A stretch of DNA of 64,000 nt from Oikopleura dioica (GCA_907165135.1 OU015566.1:11904001-11968000), one strand, 5' to 3'; counted from the first letter of the stretch, positions 24,301 through 39,127 are shown. Numbers and translations: made by a program. Notes: a model not told the origin generated them from the sequence alone.

Positions 24301-27300
24301 GCGATATGAAGATGATACTCAAACAAGACTTGGTTACTTCAAGGCGCATTCTCGACGCGGTTACAGAACAACGGGGACGTCTCAAAGCCACAACATCATT
24401 TTCAAGATGAACTACACAGGACTTGACTGGGAAGGAGAAACACCTATTCCCGAAGAACGAATTCTTAAAGCTCCTATCTATAGACTCATGTATTGCGGTG
24501 ATAATGTCAATGGCTCTCCAAACTGCAGAATAACTAGAAACATGGCGACAGCTCTTTGGCAGTTCAACAACAATGCTGATCGAGAAAAAAGAATCGAGGC
24601 CGTGATGAGAACGGACATTTTCAGAAACAAAATTCAGTACACTGCGAATCCACCAACAGGAGAAGAAGGCTACTGGAATTCGATCCATCAGTACACTGGA
24701 TATGAGGATAACTCGATTTGGCCAGGAAGTAATCACCACAAAATGGAATACGGTCAGTTCAGTGGAGCTAAGGCATTCAGAACAAAACCAGGTTACCACG
24801 TTTACAACTACGGCAAGGGCTACTTACAGTATAATGGAGATGATGAAGTACAACAAAGGAGAACTATAAAGCACTGGTGCACTGCCGTAAAGGGTGGCGT
24901 TTCCTTTTTGCAGGCGAAAATCAGGTTCAACTGGTATAACGCACAGGGAGAACACAGGCTACACGATCACTGGTGGTGGTTGGCTAATGACGAGAACACT
25001 GCATCACAGTATACTTCTCCTAACGACGGTAGAGACTGGGGATACCACTGTTTCAACTTAGTTGACATTCTCGATACACAAGCTGCAAATGTAGGAATCA
25101 GTATTGATTGGATGAATGATGTCTGGCTGACAGAAATGAAGATGTGGGCTCGCCATGATGACCGAAACGACCCGGATCCTGATCGAAGGTGGAGATTCGA
25201 AAATACAGTTTTCGACGAAACTGTTTTCGGCGATTACGGCTTCGAGAGGCCTGAAGCACATATCATCGAACATGCTGTCACTGTCAATGGAAAAGTCATT
25301 TATAATGTTGACGCGAAAGTTACAAAAAGCGGGGATCACAACGTTGTTCTTACTTATTCTGCAACAAACGTAGATGCCTGTAGCTTCAGCGTTCCTTTGC
25401 CAATGGTTGTTGAGCCCGATCCAACAGAGCTCTATGAGCAGGGACTAGACGGAGTAGACCATGTTGGTAATGGTAAAAATCAAACTATGGAATTCATCAC
25501 CGAAACTGAATATGAAATGCTTGGAGAACATCCCGCTGATATTGCAGACTACAAAGTTCAGCTAGGAAGAGAAGGTTCCTATCTCAACAAAGCAGTCGTT
25601 GATATCAAATATTCTGGATATTACTACCGCTGGGATACCCCGATCGACGGAACTCGCATGAGATACGATGCCTACGCAGTTGAACGAACTGTAAACAGTG
25701 ACAACGTTGCTCCTCATGTGACAACTACAGTCAGTTTCGGCATTGACGATGAAGACCAGACGTACTCTTTCACACATTCTACTTCTCATTCGACTGTTCA
25801 ATCTGAAATGCGCAGCCGTTGGCCCCATCTTCAAAAAATGAACTTGCAAGTAAGCAGACACGGTGACTGCAAAAATGGCTATTACTACGACTTCAAAGGT
25901 CATAATAGAGGCAATATTGGTCAGTTGATGGCGGAGCATTCAATTTCAGACGAATTTGTTGAGCGTAATCCAGATGTAGCAGCAGCGTTTTACAAGGTCA
26001 AGAATGATTTCTGGCAGGGCGGTCCTTACCAAGCCATTATTCCTGGTTCAATGATGTCTATTCCAAAGATCCTTCCAGAAGTAGTCGTCATCACCAATCG
26101 ACAAAGATCTAAATGCGGTGCTCACTTTCGTCAAGAAATGACACCCCTTACGTGGACAGATAATATGCTTTATGGTTGTTCTTTCACTTATTCTGACGAT
26201 CACACTCCAGTTGTCTACGACTCGTCAGTTGGAGAAGAAGATATCATCGCGGAAGGAGACGTCATTACTGTCGATGTTACTTTCCCAGGAGCAACTTCAG
26301 TATCCGATGATAGCTTCGTTGAAATTGGCGGAACCAAATGCGAAATCATAGCCCACGAAGATGTCCTTATTGGACCGGTCAATGGCACATTCCTGGCAAC
26401 AAGATTAACGGTCACTGTTGGCGCTGTCCCAGCTGGAGAAAAACTTTTGACCTTTAGTGATCCGTCTTTTGGAACAGCGAAATCCGATATCAAAGTCCAT
26501 TCAGGTCTGACTATCGACTCATATACACCAGAAACTGGTTCGATCTACGGTGGCTCTATAGTTACTGTAACCGGAAAGGGATTCGAGGATGGTCTTGTTG
26601 TTCAAGTCTTTGATACTCTTCAAGACTGTATCGCCATTGAAGGTGAAGTTACTTACAGTGAAATGAAATGTGTAACGCAACCTGCGAATGATTCCAGCAG
26701 TAGAAAACGGCGCCAGGTTGTGGATGAATCAACTCCAACAATCTCAGGAATGTCGAGGACGAAAATTTCGGTTATTGGTGGCGACATCATCACAATTACC
26801 GGCTCCAACTTCGGTTCAACAATGGAAGGTTCTAGCGTTGATGTGCAAGGCCTCTTCGCTGAAACCGAGTGCGTTCCCGATCCGAAATACGTACAACGAG
26901 GTTGTTTGGGATACAGAACAGCAAATTCTGGCGATTGGACTATCACCAGTTGGTCAAACACAGAAATCGTCGCCGTCACCGCCATGCTCGATCAAGGTGC
27001 TTATGAGCTTCAAATCACATCTGCAGACAACGGCTTCTCAAACAAGTTCAACTTCGATTACGCAGTCGAGATTACTGGGGTCTCCCCGCGGTATTCATCC
27101 CTTGTTGGCGGTAGAATGATAACAATTTCCGGTTTCGGTTTTGCAACCGACAACATAATCCCGAATCGCAAGCTCAATGCTGACACAACTATCGAAGTAT
27201 TTGCTGTTGGTGGTCTTTCTGGAATGTGGCGAAATCGATGCCATGTCAAAGAAGTCTCTAAAACAGAGATTGTCTGCGAGACAGGATATGCAATCAACGA

Positions 27301-30300
27301 GCCAATCTTGATGAGCACAGGAGAAAATTTCCCAAACATAACAATCAAAGCAGGCGAAGCTATTCGATTCAAATGGTCGTTCACTGTCGATGGTAAAGCA
27401 CCAAATATGCAATTCCAGGAGTGCGACGAGCCAAACTGCGAAGAAGCTTCATCAGATGATAAAATCTGGGGTCCTAAAATCGTAGAGTCAACTGGCGACT
27501 TTGTTCGCCTTTTCCAGACACCTGGCACCTACTACTACTCTACTGGATATATCGACCAGGCTTTCAGCGCCTGGTTAAATGGTATGATCATTGTTGAAGA
27601 AGCAGAAGAGCGGCCAGAATGGCTTGAAGTTATTGTCACAGACAGTTTCTCTGATCGACAATGGGGCGGAGTTAACGAAAAATGGCCACATATTGCTGCG
27701 CACGTGGGCACCCCACCTGCTTTAGATGGCTCTGATGATGGTGCCTCTGAACTTGGATCTTGCACAGCAACGACAACTAATACCGCTGCACCTTTTGAAG
27801 GGGCATTGGAGAAACACTCAGTCATTTATTCTTGGGCTTTTACGCCCGTTGCAGACAACTGGGTCGCTAACGGTGATTTAACACCATTTATGGAGGCGAA
27901 TTTAACGATTTCCAACTTCGAAGTATCCGGAGATTGCTCCGCGCAAACTCAATTTGCTGCAGTTGAACGATATGGTCCTGAAATCCGTCCTAAGAATTAT
28001 TTCTACAAAGGATCTGATGGCATTAGCGGTACATACACCATCGATCATGACAATATGATGGACCCGTTGATGGAGTACGAATTTGATTTCGTTCTCGCTG
28101 GCCGCGGAAGAGCTTACTACAACAGTTACGATGGTTCTGCTAAATTCAAAATCAAGCCTGTTTCAACTGGTGTAAGCACTACTTCAGTTGGTGTCAAGGG
28201 AGGATGGGAATTGAAAATTACTGGTGCAGGATTTATTGCCCCAGACAAAGATCTTCTTGAAAGCGATGATGTTATTTCAATCGATACGGAAATTCATCTC
28301 GGTAAAGAACCTGCTTATCGCTGTGAAATCTCATCACTTAGCTACACTGAAATCGTTTGTAAAGCTCCGGAAATGTGGAGAGGAATCGCAGATCGACAGG
28401 AAAATTTGAACATCTTCTTCCGACACGACAACGACTTCTACAACGTTGACAACTCATTCGATATCAATCAAGTTCCAGTTTCTGCGAATTTCGCTGCAAC
28501 TCCTCAAATCAATTCAGTCCAGCCCGAATCTGGAATCAGCCATGATACTGCTCAAATTACCTTCAATGGTGTAAATTTGGACGGTGCTCAAATTGTTGTT
28601 GATGGCCAAACACTGACGGGATGCGCAGGAGATAGCACTTCCCAAACGTGCGACGCTCCCACCCTCGCTGCTGGATCATACGCAGTGAGTGGAACTGCTG
28701 ATAGCGGAATCATCTACGTGGCACCACTTGTCAGCGTAAATGCTCTCTTTGTTGCTGAATCGATCACTCCAACTTCTGGATCAGTAAATGGTGGCCAACA
28801 CGTCACTATCTCTGGATACGGTTGGTCTGAAGATATTTCCATTACTGTGACACAGAACGGTGGCATTATTTGCTCTCGATGTCCAATTACTTCTATTGGC
28901 GAAGATGTCGTTGTTTCAATGCCTTCCGGTAAAAGTACTGGCCTCGCTGCCATTGAGATCAAACATGAGTTCATCAAACACGATTCCTTCAAATTCGATT
29001 TCACTTTTGTCGACATTGGCGGCGCAAGTCCCACAACAACGTCTGATGTAAGTGCTCTTTCTGCCGGGGATTCTGTGACTCTTGATTTGCCTGCTGGAAC
29101 TTGCTCTAACTCACTTCGAGTTGATCTAGTGCTGAATATGAGCCCATGTGCTGAAGGAGCTCACAACTGTCATTATGCTGCTGAATGCACTCCCAATGCC
29201 GACGGAATTCAATACACCTGCGCTTGTCAAGGGATTTACCGCGGTGATGGCTTTTCTTGCTCCAAGTTCAATATCAAAAATGCGCAAGAGCTCACTACAG
29301 TATCAGAAAGTACCTGCTACAATACTGGAAACAATTTTGTTTGGAATCTTGCGAAATTCGAGTCTTTGGAAGAGGTCACAAATGTTCTTTCTACCGAAGC
29401 TGGCAATATTTTCTTGAACATAAAATACTCGACAAGTGACAACTTGCTCAAACACGACTTAGATGGATCTGCTGTCGCCTGGGCTGATCAAGTTACCCTT
29501 CCATCTGAAGACTCCTGTCTTGTCTATCATGTTGGCTCGGGAGAGCTTAGCTTCGTTGCTTGCTCAAACACTCATCAAGTTGCATGCGAGTCGTACGATG
29601 AAGAAGATTGCTTCTCTGACCAAGGCCAGTACTACAGAGGAGATCTCGATCATTCGGAAGGGTTTACTTGTGTAAATTGGGCCGATGTGCCATCAATTCC
29701 CGGAACAACCACTGAAGCCAATATGGATCTCAACGGAAATTCATGCCGTAATCCTGACAAGAGAATTCAAGGACCATTTTGTTACATTTCAACAGAAATC
29801 GATGAAGGGGAAAGCGAACCTTCTTGGATTCAATGCTCCGTTCCTAACTGCGCTATGAAAAGTCAGAAAGTTTGCCATGTTGTCACTGAAAGTGGTGCAA
29901 TAATTGGCCGAACTCACGATTCGTACATTCTTGCGCCTAATAATGATAAATTTTATGACAACAGAAAAAATATTCAAACTGGATTCGCTGAATTCGACGA
30001 TGGCTTTGCCATTTTCAAGTTTTTGAATGACAAAAATCCGGATAGCAATCACGAATGCTGGGAAATTAAGAGTGGTGACGCAAGTGATGGCGATCGCCCA
30101 GTTATTGCTAGGTACCAGAAGCTTTCTGATTGTCCTCGCTGGCAGTTGCAATTGCAGCCCGATGGCCGTTATCGTTTGAGTCAAGGCGACTTCTATCTGC
30201 GAGAAACATTAACAGGAAGGGACAGGATTCAAGGTCAATTGCTGACTGGACTTTTGTATGACGAGGACACTATCTCCGGAATGACTTTTGATCTTCAGTG

Positions 30301-33300
30301 CGGCAATCAAGGCGACCACAGAGAAGCAAAGGTTAATCCCGTCGAGATTTTCCACGAGCTCTCTGGTACATGTTCTGGTGACTCTTTGGCCGTCACAATG
30401 CCCGCAGTTGCCTCTGGTTCTTACAGTCTTCGAGTCAGAGATTCAACAAACGGATATTTCTCTGGGAAAGTGGATGTGGCATTCTCTCTCGCTCTTGATT
30501 CGGTCTCACCAGCGTCTATCGGTCAGTCTGGTGGACAACCAATCACTCTTTCTGGCGCCGGCTTCAGTGCAGAATCTTCTGTTGTTACCGTCGATGGTAT
30601 TCAATGTGTCGTACAAACAGTCAATGCTGAAGGAACTGAGTTGACATGCATCTTTGAAGACCTCAGCCATATCACGGAATCAGCTGCTGTTGTTGTTCAA
30701 GTTTCAGTTTCAGATATGTCAACTGGTTCTACTCTGACTGCAGAATCAAGCGTTTTTGTTGACATCACCTTAACTCCTCTCATCACAGGTTTCAGTCCAA
30801 CAAGAGGCGGTTCAGCTGGAGGCACTAGAATAACATTCACTGGATCAAACTTAGACGCAGGAGACGATGCCATTGTCTCAATTCACGGCGTTGTCTGTAT
30901 CACTCTTTCAAGGACAAGTTCAGAGCTTATCTGCGAAACAGAACCGTACAGTGGTCTCAACATTCCAGTCCAGCCAAAGATCGAATTTGTGAATTTTGGC
31001 AACGGTCTCTTCAGCTCCGACGATCTTGAGTTCTGGTACATTGATCGATGGTCGAGTACATTCACCTGGGGTTGCACTGATGGCAGTTGCAAGCCAATGG
31101 CAGGAGATATCGTTGTTATTCCAGAAGGAAAAGTCATTCTCCTGGATGAGTCGACGCCGATTCTCGCTGTTCTCATTGTTGACGGAGGAACTGTTCTCTG
31201 GGACCGTGTTCATGGCATCGAGCTCAGCACCGAATATGCCGTTGTGACAAACGGTGGACACTTTGAAATTGGAAACGAGGATGAGCCTTTCTGTGATCCA
31301 AGTGGCGATCGATCAATTCCTTTTGATGCGACAATTACAATGTATGGTCACCAGCGCTCTATTGAACTCCCAATCTACGGTGCTAAAGTATTTGCTGTTC
31401 GCCGTGGAACCATCGACCTCCATGGTTGTCGCGTTCATACTTCGTGGACTCACATGGACGAAACTGCCGAAATTGGTGACAATACAATCAAACTTACTCA
31501 TCCCGTCGCAAACGATTGGGTTGCAGGAGATCAGATTATTATCGCTACAACTGGTGATTTGATGCATCTCCATCATTCAGAAACTGCTTATATTTCGGAA
31601 GTAAGTGCTGACGGATATACACTGACTTTGAATGACACTCTTCGTTTCCGACATATGTCGGAATGTTCTGACGGATTTGACTGGGCTGGAACAATCTGCC
31701 AACGGGCTGAAGTTGGTCTTTTGTCAAAGAACGTTCTCTTCCAAGGCAATCGTAACTTAGACTGGGTCGAAGAACTTGACGAATGCGAGCTTGGAATCGG
31801 AACCGCTTTCGGAACCCAGACTTGTTTCCAAAATCGATTCGGCCACGAGGTCGGCTCCGATCAGCTAGGTGGACACTTATTCCTTCATATGGTAGACTCT
31901 GCCCGAATCCAGTATGTTGAATTCAATTTCGTTGGACAGGCGTTCCGACTCGGTCGATACCCGATTCACTTCCATATGACAGGAGATGTTGGAAATACCA
32001 ACACCTACGTCCGCGGTAATTCTGTTCACGAAACATTCAACCGAGCCGTCACAATGCACGGTGTCCACAATCTTCTTGTAGAATACAATGTTGCCTTCAA
32101 CGTTATGGGTTTAACCTATTTCCTCGAAGATGGCATCGAAGAAGACAATATAGTGCAGTATAATTTAGCTGTTATGACCAAGAAATCATCTTCTCTTCTG
32201 AATATTGATTCTATTCCGTCTTCGTTCTGGATGCCAAATCCAAACAATATTGTTCGACATAACGCTGTTGCTGGTTCCTCTCACTTTGGTTACTGGTTCA
32301 ATTCGCCACAACATCCTACAGGTCCATCGGCCACAAATTCTATCTGCTGCAAAAACCGACCTCTCGGAGAGTTCTGGAATAATACCGTCCATTCTTCTGG
32401 AAAATACGGTCTTTGGGTATTTGTCGATCTAACTCCTACTGGACCAAATGGTGATTGTGGGGAGGGAGCTCCAAAAGCACTCAAGATTGGTGAGATTCCA
32501 GCTAATGCAACTATGCCAGAAGGCGTTGATAGAAACTCTGTCTATGGCCTCCACACTTGGAACAACGAAAGAGGCGCTGAAATCACGACCGGTGGTGCTG
32601 TCCAATTCCACAACTTCATCGCTTCAGATAATGCAATCTCACAGCTTGCAGGAAAAGAAACGTATCTGAATTCATTCGGTGTCTGTCCTGGTGTTGATTG
32701 TCCTGGTAATGTTCAAGCCTTTGTGCGTTCGATCGTAATCGGAAGAATGAAACATGATCCTCATGTCAATAACTGTGGAGCTATGGGAATCGAAACTCCT
32801 TGGGAAGAATTCGCATTTACAGTTCACGACATTCACTTCTTTAACTTCGACGCGCCAGGTCGAGGCGTCTGTACTGCTGTGAACCCATGCTATGGATCCG
32901 ATGCATTCGACTGCGCAGCTACCTGTTGGTACACTGATGTTCGCTGGACAAACTCGCCTCGAAAAATAACGACTGACTGGGAGCACGAATATGCTATCCG
33001 AGATATTGATGGCTCATTTACTGAGAATGGCGGTGAGGAAGTCTACGTCGTCCCTCAATCGGGTGCTTACGATCCAAATCACTGTAGCTCAGTTTGGCCA
33101 GGACCTGATGGAACGAATGCCAAATTCGTTGGACGCGGAGTTCAAATCTGCCCTTACCAAGACGGAGTTTTCAAACCTCACAGATTCCCATTTAATAACG
33201 TTTCTCCATCGAACCTTGAAGGAACAAACACTCATGCTACCTCACCTTACGGCACTGCTTCTTCTCCTTTCCGTGATTGCCGACCTCGAGGAAAAGGATG

Positions 33301-36300
33301 GATGATGCTGCTCAATCAAGGCCAAGAACATGTGCTCCAGTGGCAGGGATATGAACACGTGACAAATATTTCGTATTCCGCTGACATGTTCCACTTGGAG
33401 CAAAACGACTACTTGCACATTGCTCATGAGTTTTACCAGCGCATCGATTACACAAATCTTGGAATGAAACACGATGAAATTCCGACAATCACGAACGAAA
33501 CACATAATAACCTCGATTATCACATCACATCCGATGACGAATTCATCTCTACCAAGGAATATAAACTCACTTACATGCTCAGAGGTCTGAAGAATCCAAC
33601 AATGTCAAGCACAAAGGGCATCTACCCAGCAAAATATGAAGTTGATGGACGAGGTGATGGAACTCATGGCAGAAAAACAACTTGGTCAATGAAAATGTAC
33701 AAGTGCTTCTATCCTCAATGTATCAAACCGACAACAACCACCCAACCGCCGACAACAACAACGACGGAAGCAACAATTGAGTGCGAAATCGGCACGCCAG
33801 GTTGCGAAGACTGGTTCACTGTTTCAGGCTGGGACGGAAATAATGAAACGAATGTCTTCATCAGCGAGAAGCGAATTATCCGAATGACAAGCATTCCAGA
33901 AGAGCTAAGAGATCCAGAAAGGCCAAATGTGTTGAAAGCGACTAAATTCCTTCTTGATGGCGAACTGGTCATCGAAGATATCGAGGAGGATATTGAAATT
34001 GAAATCGAATCATTTATTGTCAACTCAGGCATTTCTGAGACAACTTGGGGCAAAACAAGAAAACGACGAGACTTGGTCGATAGGTTTACCGGAAAACTTA
34101 TCATCGGAACTGCTGAGAAGCCAATTCCTTGCGATAGAACAGTAACTATCCGTCTGATGGGAAATGTTTCTGAAGCAGAAGAGTTCGGAGCGCTTGGAAA
34201 TTCAATTCCGATCGGTGCAAAAGCACTTGGTGGATACGGTTCTATTGAAATGCATGGTTGTCCACGTGACAAAACATGGACTAACCTTGCTACAACAGTT
34301 CAGGCTGGGGAGAATTCAATCACGCTGAGTGAGGATGCCGACTGGAAGGTCGGAGAAGAAATCGCCATCGCTTCGAGCAACTTCGATCAAGCAGAGGTCG
34401 AGTTCTTCTCAATTACTGCAAAAGAGGCCCGAACTTACACACTCAACCAGACTATCCAGTTCAGACACTTCGGTATCGACACCAATCTCGAAGATGCTGA
34501 TGGAAATCACCTTGGCGCTCCAGTTATGCTTTTGACAAGAAATATCATCCTAGATGGAAGTGACGGTGCAAATGGTCAGGTTGGAGGAAGAGTTCTAGTC
34601 GCCAGTACCATCGAGAAAGATGGAGATGATACAATCTTCCGATCTGGTTATGGCCAGTTCAGCTACGTTCAATTCAAACAAATGGGTCAATTTGGCTACA
34701 ACGATAATACCGATCCAAGATTCCAGCTCGCGTTTTACAAAATCGACCCTACTGCTAGTGGCGATAGAAAGCAATCATACGTTCGTGGCTGCTCTTTCTT
34801 CCATGGTTTGGCGACTGCTATTGGATCGGGAATAGGGGTCAACGGTCTTGAGATGAAGGACAATGTCATTGTTGGTGCGCCTGAAGATGGTATCCGCGTC
34901 CTCGGAGAAGATGCTGTCATAGAGAATAATGCAATCGCTTCTATTTGGGAACGATCAGCTTGGGCTAACATCAACGGAGGAAATTCAGACTTTGATAGTG
35001 CGCAGATACCAGCCGGTATTGATTTCAAGAATGCTCAACGGTATACAATGAAGAACAATCATGTTGCCGGTGTAATGGGCCCCTGCTTCCATGGTTACGG
35101 TCAGACTTGCACTGGCGATCTCGAGGAATGCTCAGCTGACGTTTACCCAACTGACCCGAAAGTCGTTGGAAATATCGGCAGTGGATGTCTTGTTGGCTAT
35201 TACATTCTCAAGCAGCCCTTGGGCAGATGCCAAAAAGTATCAGGATTCTTCCTTCACCACACTACTACTGCAGTTTACTTCCAATCTACTTCTCAACGAT
35301 TGGTCGTTTCCGATAACGTTCTCGTTGATAATTCTGTCGCCCTTTACACTGTTCATGCTGGACCTAATGCTGAGTCAAAACGATACGATCCTAAAGCTTC
35401 TGTGACTTACAAAAACAACATAATTGTCGGTCGATCTGAGCATTGGGAATGTGGTGTAGATAATGAACATTCGACAATTCTAGGATTGAGTGGTGAATTC
35501 GCCCCGGGTACAAGCAGTCCGAAAGATCATGCGGCTATGGTTGGCAGTGACTTTTTGAGTTCTTACAACAAATTCCCTGGAAAACCAATGTACAAAGCAT
35601 TTGTGAAGACCCCAGCGATTTACGGACGAACATGTGTTGTTGCAAACGCTTTTACTAAGTTTGATGGAAGATGCGGGGACAAAGATGTCATCTTCAGCTC
35701 GAACAAGAAAATGGAAGACTATTCGCATCCGACCTATTTCAAGGAAGGAAACACCTTTGATAGCAACGTGGCCACACTTAGCAAAGTTGCCAAGTTTTAC
35801 AGACCAACAACTAGCTTTGTTAACATTGCCGATTGTGTTGATCTGCACTGCGACGGGCACAAGAAGCAAATGATCATCGACGAAACTGGCGATCTTCTAG
35901 GAACACCAGGCTTCCTCCATTCTGAGTCAGAATACAAATGGGAAGGAGTTACTCGAAACGGACATACTTACACTGACACTCGCCCTGGACTTGGCGATTA
36001 CCGACTTCCGAAAACGATGTTGACGACACTTGACGGCAAAAAGATTTCTGTGGAAGACTACGCACCTGAAAAGGGAGTTATTCGTGATGAAAACTGCGTA
36101 TACGATGCTTCTATTCCAGCCTGGCACTGTACTGATTCCCTCAAAATGATCATGATGAACTATCAATTCATGGATGTAGATCACATGGTCCGTAGAATAA
36201 CGCCTCTTGCAGTCAGATCCGAAACCGGATATGTTGACATTATCAACGGCCCTGCAGATCATTCTTGCTGCATTGGGTACGCTTGCATGATCCGTTTGAG

Positions 36301-39127
36301 CAGTTTCTGGTCTCATCACGCTTGCAACCACCACTACGACTACTACTTTACATCAACGCTTCCGAAGCGAATGAACTTCCACTTGCCTGACTACAATAAT
36401 CAAAAGTGCAAGATTTATATAACATTCTACACAATGAGACCAAACCGAATGGATGTCAAACAAGACGGAATTTATATGATTCCAACCAACGCCCGCTACA
36501 TTGGCGACGAAATCGAATGGGAACGACCTCGAAGAGAACTTCATCTTCCTTCTCTTGACGGCATTAATAATGCTGCAGGAACGAATTTCTTCGATCGCCA
36601 GGAACAAGCGGTTCATATGATTTTCGAAACCGGTCACATTTACAATCTTCAGCTGAAATCGACGCTGATTCTTGAGTTAGATGTTATGACCGAATTGACC
36701 GAAGACGAGTTCTATGACAATGGAAATATTGCCGTTAATATCGCTGCTCTTCTCGGAATCTCACCCAGTCGAATCAAGATCGTTAACGTCATTCGTGAAA
36801 CAAATGAAGAACGACGAAAGCGACGCGAAGCCTCCGGTTTGTATTACTATGGCAATGAGCGACTTCGACGATCCGACGATGCAGAAAGCTCATCCTTGCA
36901 GTTTGAAATTGGCAGCAATGATGACAGACCTGAAGATGGCGATAACGAGCTCGACGAGGAAGATTTGGCCAATGAGAAGGCAGAAGTTGACGCTCTCAAC
37001 GAAGTCGGCGCCACGCTAGCCAAACAATCTCTAGCAGACGGAAATCCACTTGGTGCTGCTGCAGCATCTGCAATCGTAGATCAGGACCCCTCTGTTTCTG
37101 TCGGCGAAGTTGCTGTTGGCATGGCTGACCCACCAACAACAACTGAAGATCTGCCAGAATGGTTCGATGAGGAAAATCCAGTTGGAGAAAGTATCATTCA
37201 AAAACTCGGCTTGGACGAAGAGGCAATCGGCGTAGACGAACCTGGCAGTATCGACTTTGATTCTCTGCGAACTCAAATTTTGGCTGCCTCGGATGGTGAG
37301 ATCGATTTGGAAACAACTAAGACTGCAGAAGAAGTAGCAAACGAAAAACAAGCCGCTAAGGATACTGCAGCCGAGCCAATTGTTTACAAGGTGCCAACAA
37401 CAATGGTAATTGATGAAGAACCGACCGGAATTCAAATCGAACAAGTCGACATCCAATCATTCGTTCTGCACGTGTTAGATCAGGACGGAGAAATGATGAC
37501 TGTCGTTGGTTTCCCACTCAACCCGGCCACTTGTGTTGTTTCTCTCAAAGACGGAGAAACTGGAGAAATCATCGGAGTTGACGAGGTTCCTTTCGAACCT
37601 GGAACTGGTTATGCCACTTTTGACGCCTTCCAAGTAAACGGAACAGACAAATCAGTCGAATTCGAGTTCAATATTGCCTTCCCTGCTGATTTTGATCTGA
37701 ATGCAACTGTTCCAGCAGTTTTTTCTTCTGCTCACGAGTTCTTGGCAATGCCCGAGACAGATGGAGACGGAACGTGCGAAGTTTTCGAGGGAGAGGGCTT
37801 CGACAAGCAGGAGATTTGGAACGATGACTGCTCACTCATTTGCACTTTGCCATGCAAAGATGCTGGTGGACTTTTGTCTACCTCGCCAAAGTGCCAGCTC
37901 AGAGATACGACGGAATGCGGATCTTATGGCTCTTGCAACGCTGGAAACGGATGCGAATGCGACTTAGCATCGATGCCTAGACCAGATCAGGTAGACTAAA
38001 AATCAAAGACTTGAATCAATAAAGACCCTTAGATCAATGTCGCTGACCATATTAGCTTCTCATGCGACTCCGAAGGAATGGTGGTAAAGGTCGACAAATG
38101 CGTCATGCATCGATTCGGTTTCAGACTTGAGCATTTGGCGATCAACGGAATCGACCGCTCCTATGACGGGTATTTTCGAAAACGTCTGACTCAAACTACT
38201 AATAAATTTTAGACCTCTTCAAGGATCTGGTTTGAACACCTGCGTCGGAAAACTCGATTACGAGACTGGAACTGATTACAAATTTACTATCTACGGCGGT
38301 GATGCTTGCGGAATGGAGAAAACATTCAACGAAACGCATGTTGTCTACACAAATGCCGTCTCTGGTAGCTTTGGTCATAACATAGGAGGAATCAAGCGAA
38401 AGGTGGAGATGTATACCGAGTTTTCATGTGCTTTCGAAACTTCGATTCGTGTCTCGGCAGCTGTTGGCAGTGTCGGACGCAGCACAATCCACAAGGAGCT
38501 CAAACGAGAAATGGGTGTCTTCGACGCAAACTTGATGCTCTTTACCGATATGAGCTTTTCGACGCCAGTGACTGGCACTTACACCGTCGAAGTCCCTAAC
38601 CAAGTCTTCGTCGGAGCATTTGTGGCTGATCTTCACTCGCGATACGCTTTGGTTCTTAATACTTGTACTCTTTCTATTGAAGGGGAAGATGACATGACAC
38701 ACGAAGTTATTTCTAATTCCTGCGTCAATCCCGATGTAAGTTATAAGAATTGATAGTAATTTCTTCATAAAAAATCGACTCATAGCAGCAAAAATAAATA
38801 TTCCCGTAGGAAACTGGCTTCGTGGAGATCTACAACAACGGCGACTCCGATCAATCTCGATTCTCCTTCAAATCCTTCATGTTTATCGGATTCGAAGATC
38901 ACGAGCAAACTCTTACTTGCAGCATGAAGATTTGTGACACTGAGAGCGAAGCATGCACTCCTTCTTGCTCTGCTCGAAGACGGTAACTATCCCAAAAAGA
39001 TAATGATTAACCCTTGTTCTTAAGGAGAAGCATCGATGAAAGCGAACTTATCCATGCTACAGCACGGTTTAATACTCGAAAAGAGCAACCAAGAATCTCC
39101 CGATGGGAAGCTATTATCAGAGGCTAA
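21319..39127 (+). CDS. Fibrocystin-L (PKHD1L1)-like giant secreted protein with a C-terminal ZP module, ~5,814 aa
   Basis: join(21319..21444,21608..37990,38033..38169,38213..38735,38810..38982,39025..39127), all GT-AG and in frame. Contains a signal peptide, many IPT/TIG repeats, PA14, two G8 domains (RWSSTFTWG...), PbH1 repeats (GQAFRLGRYPIHFH), WxxW, PAN, kringles, EGF and ZP-N/ZP-C. No TM helix. Confidence 0.9.

Noticed and set aside
21734-37967. Dozens of 60-185 aa antisense and alternate-frame ORFs over the giant gene
   Set aside because: They are shadows of the 5,461-codon exon, with no independent motifs.
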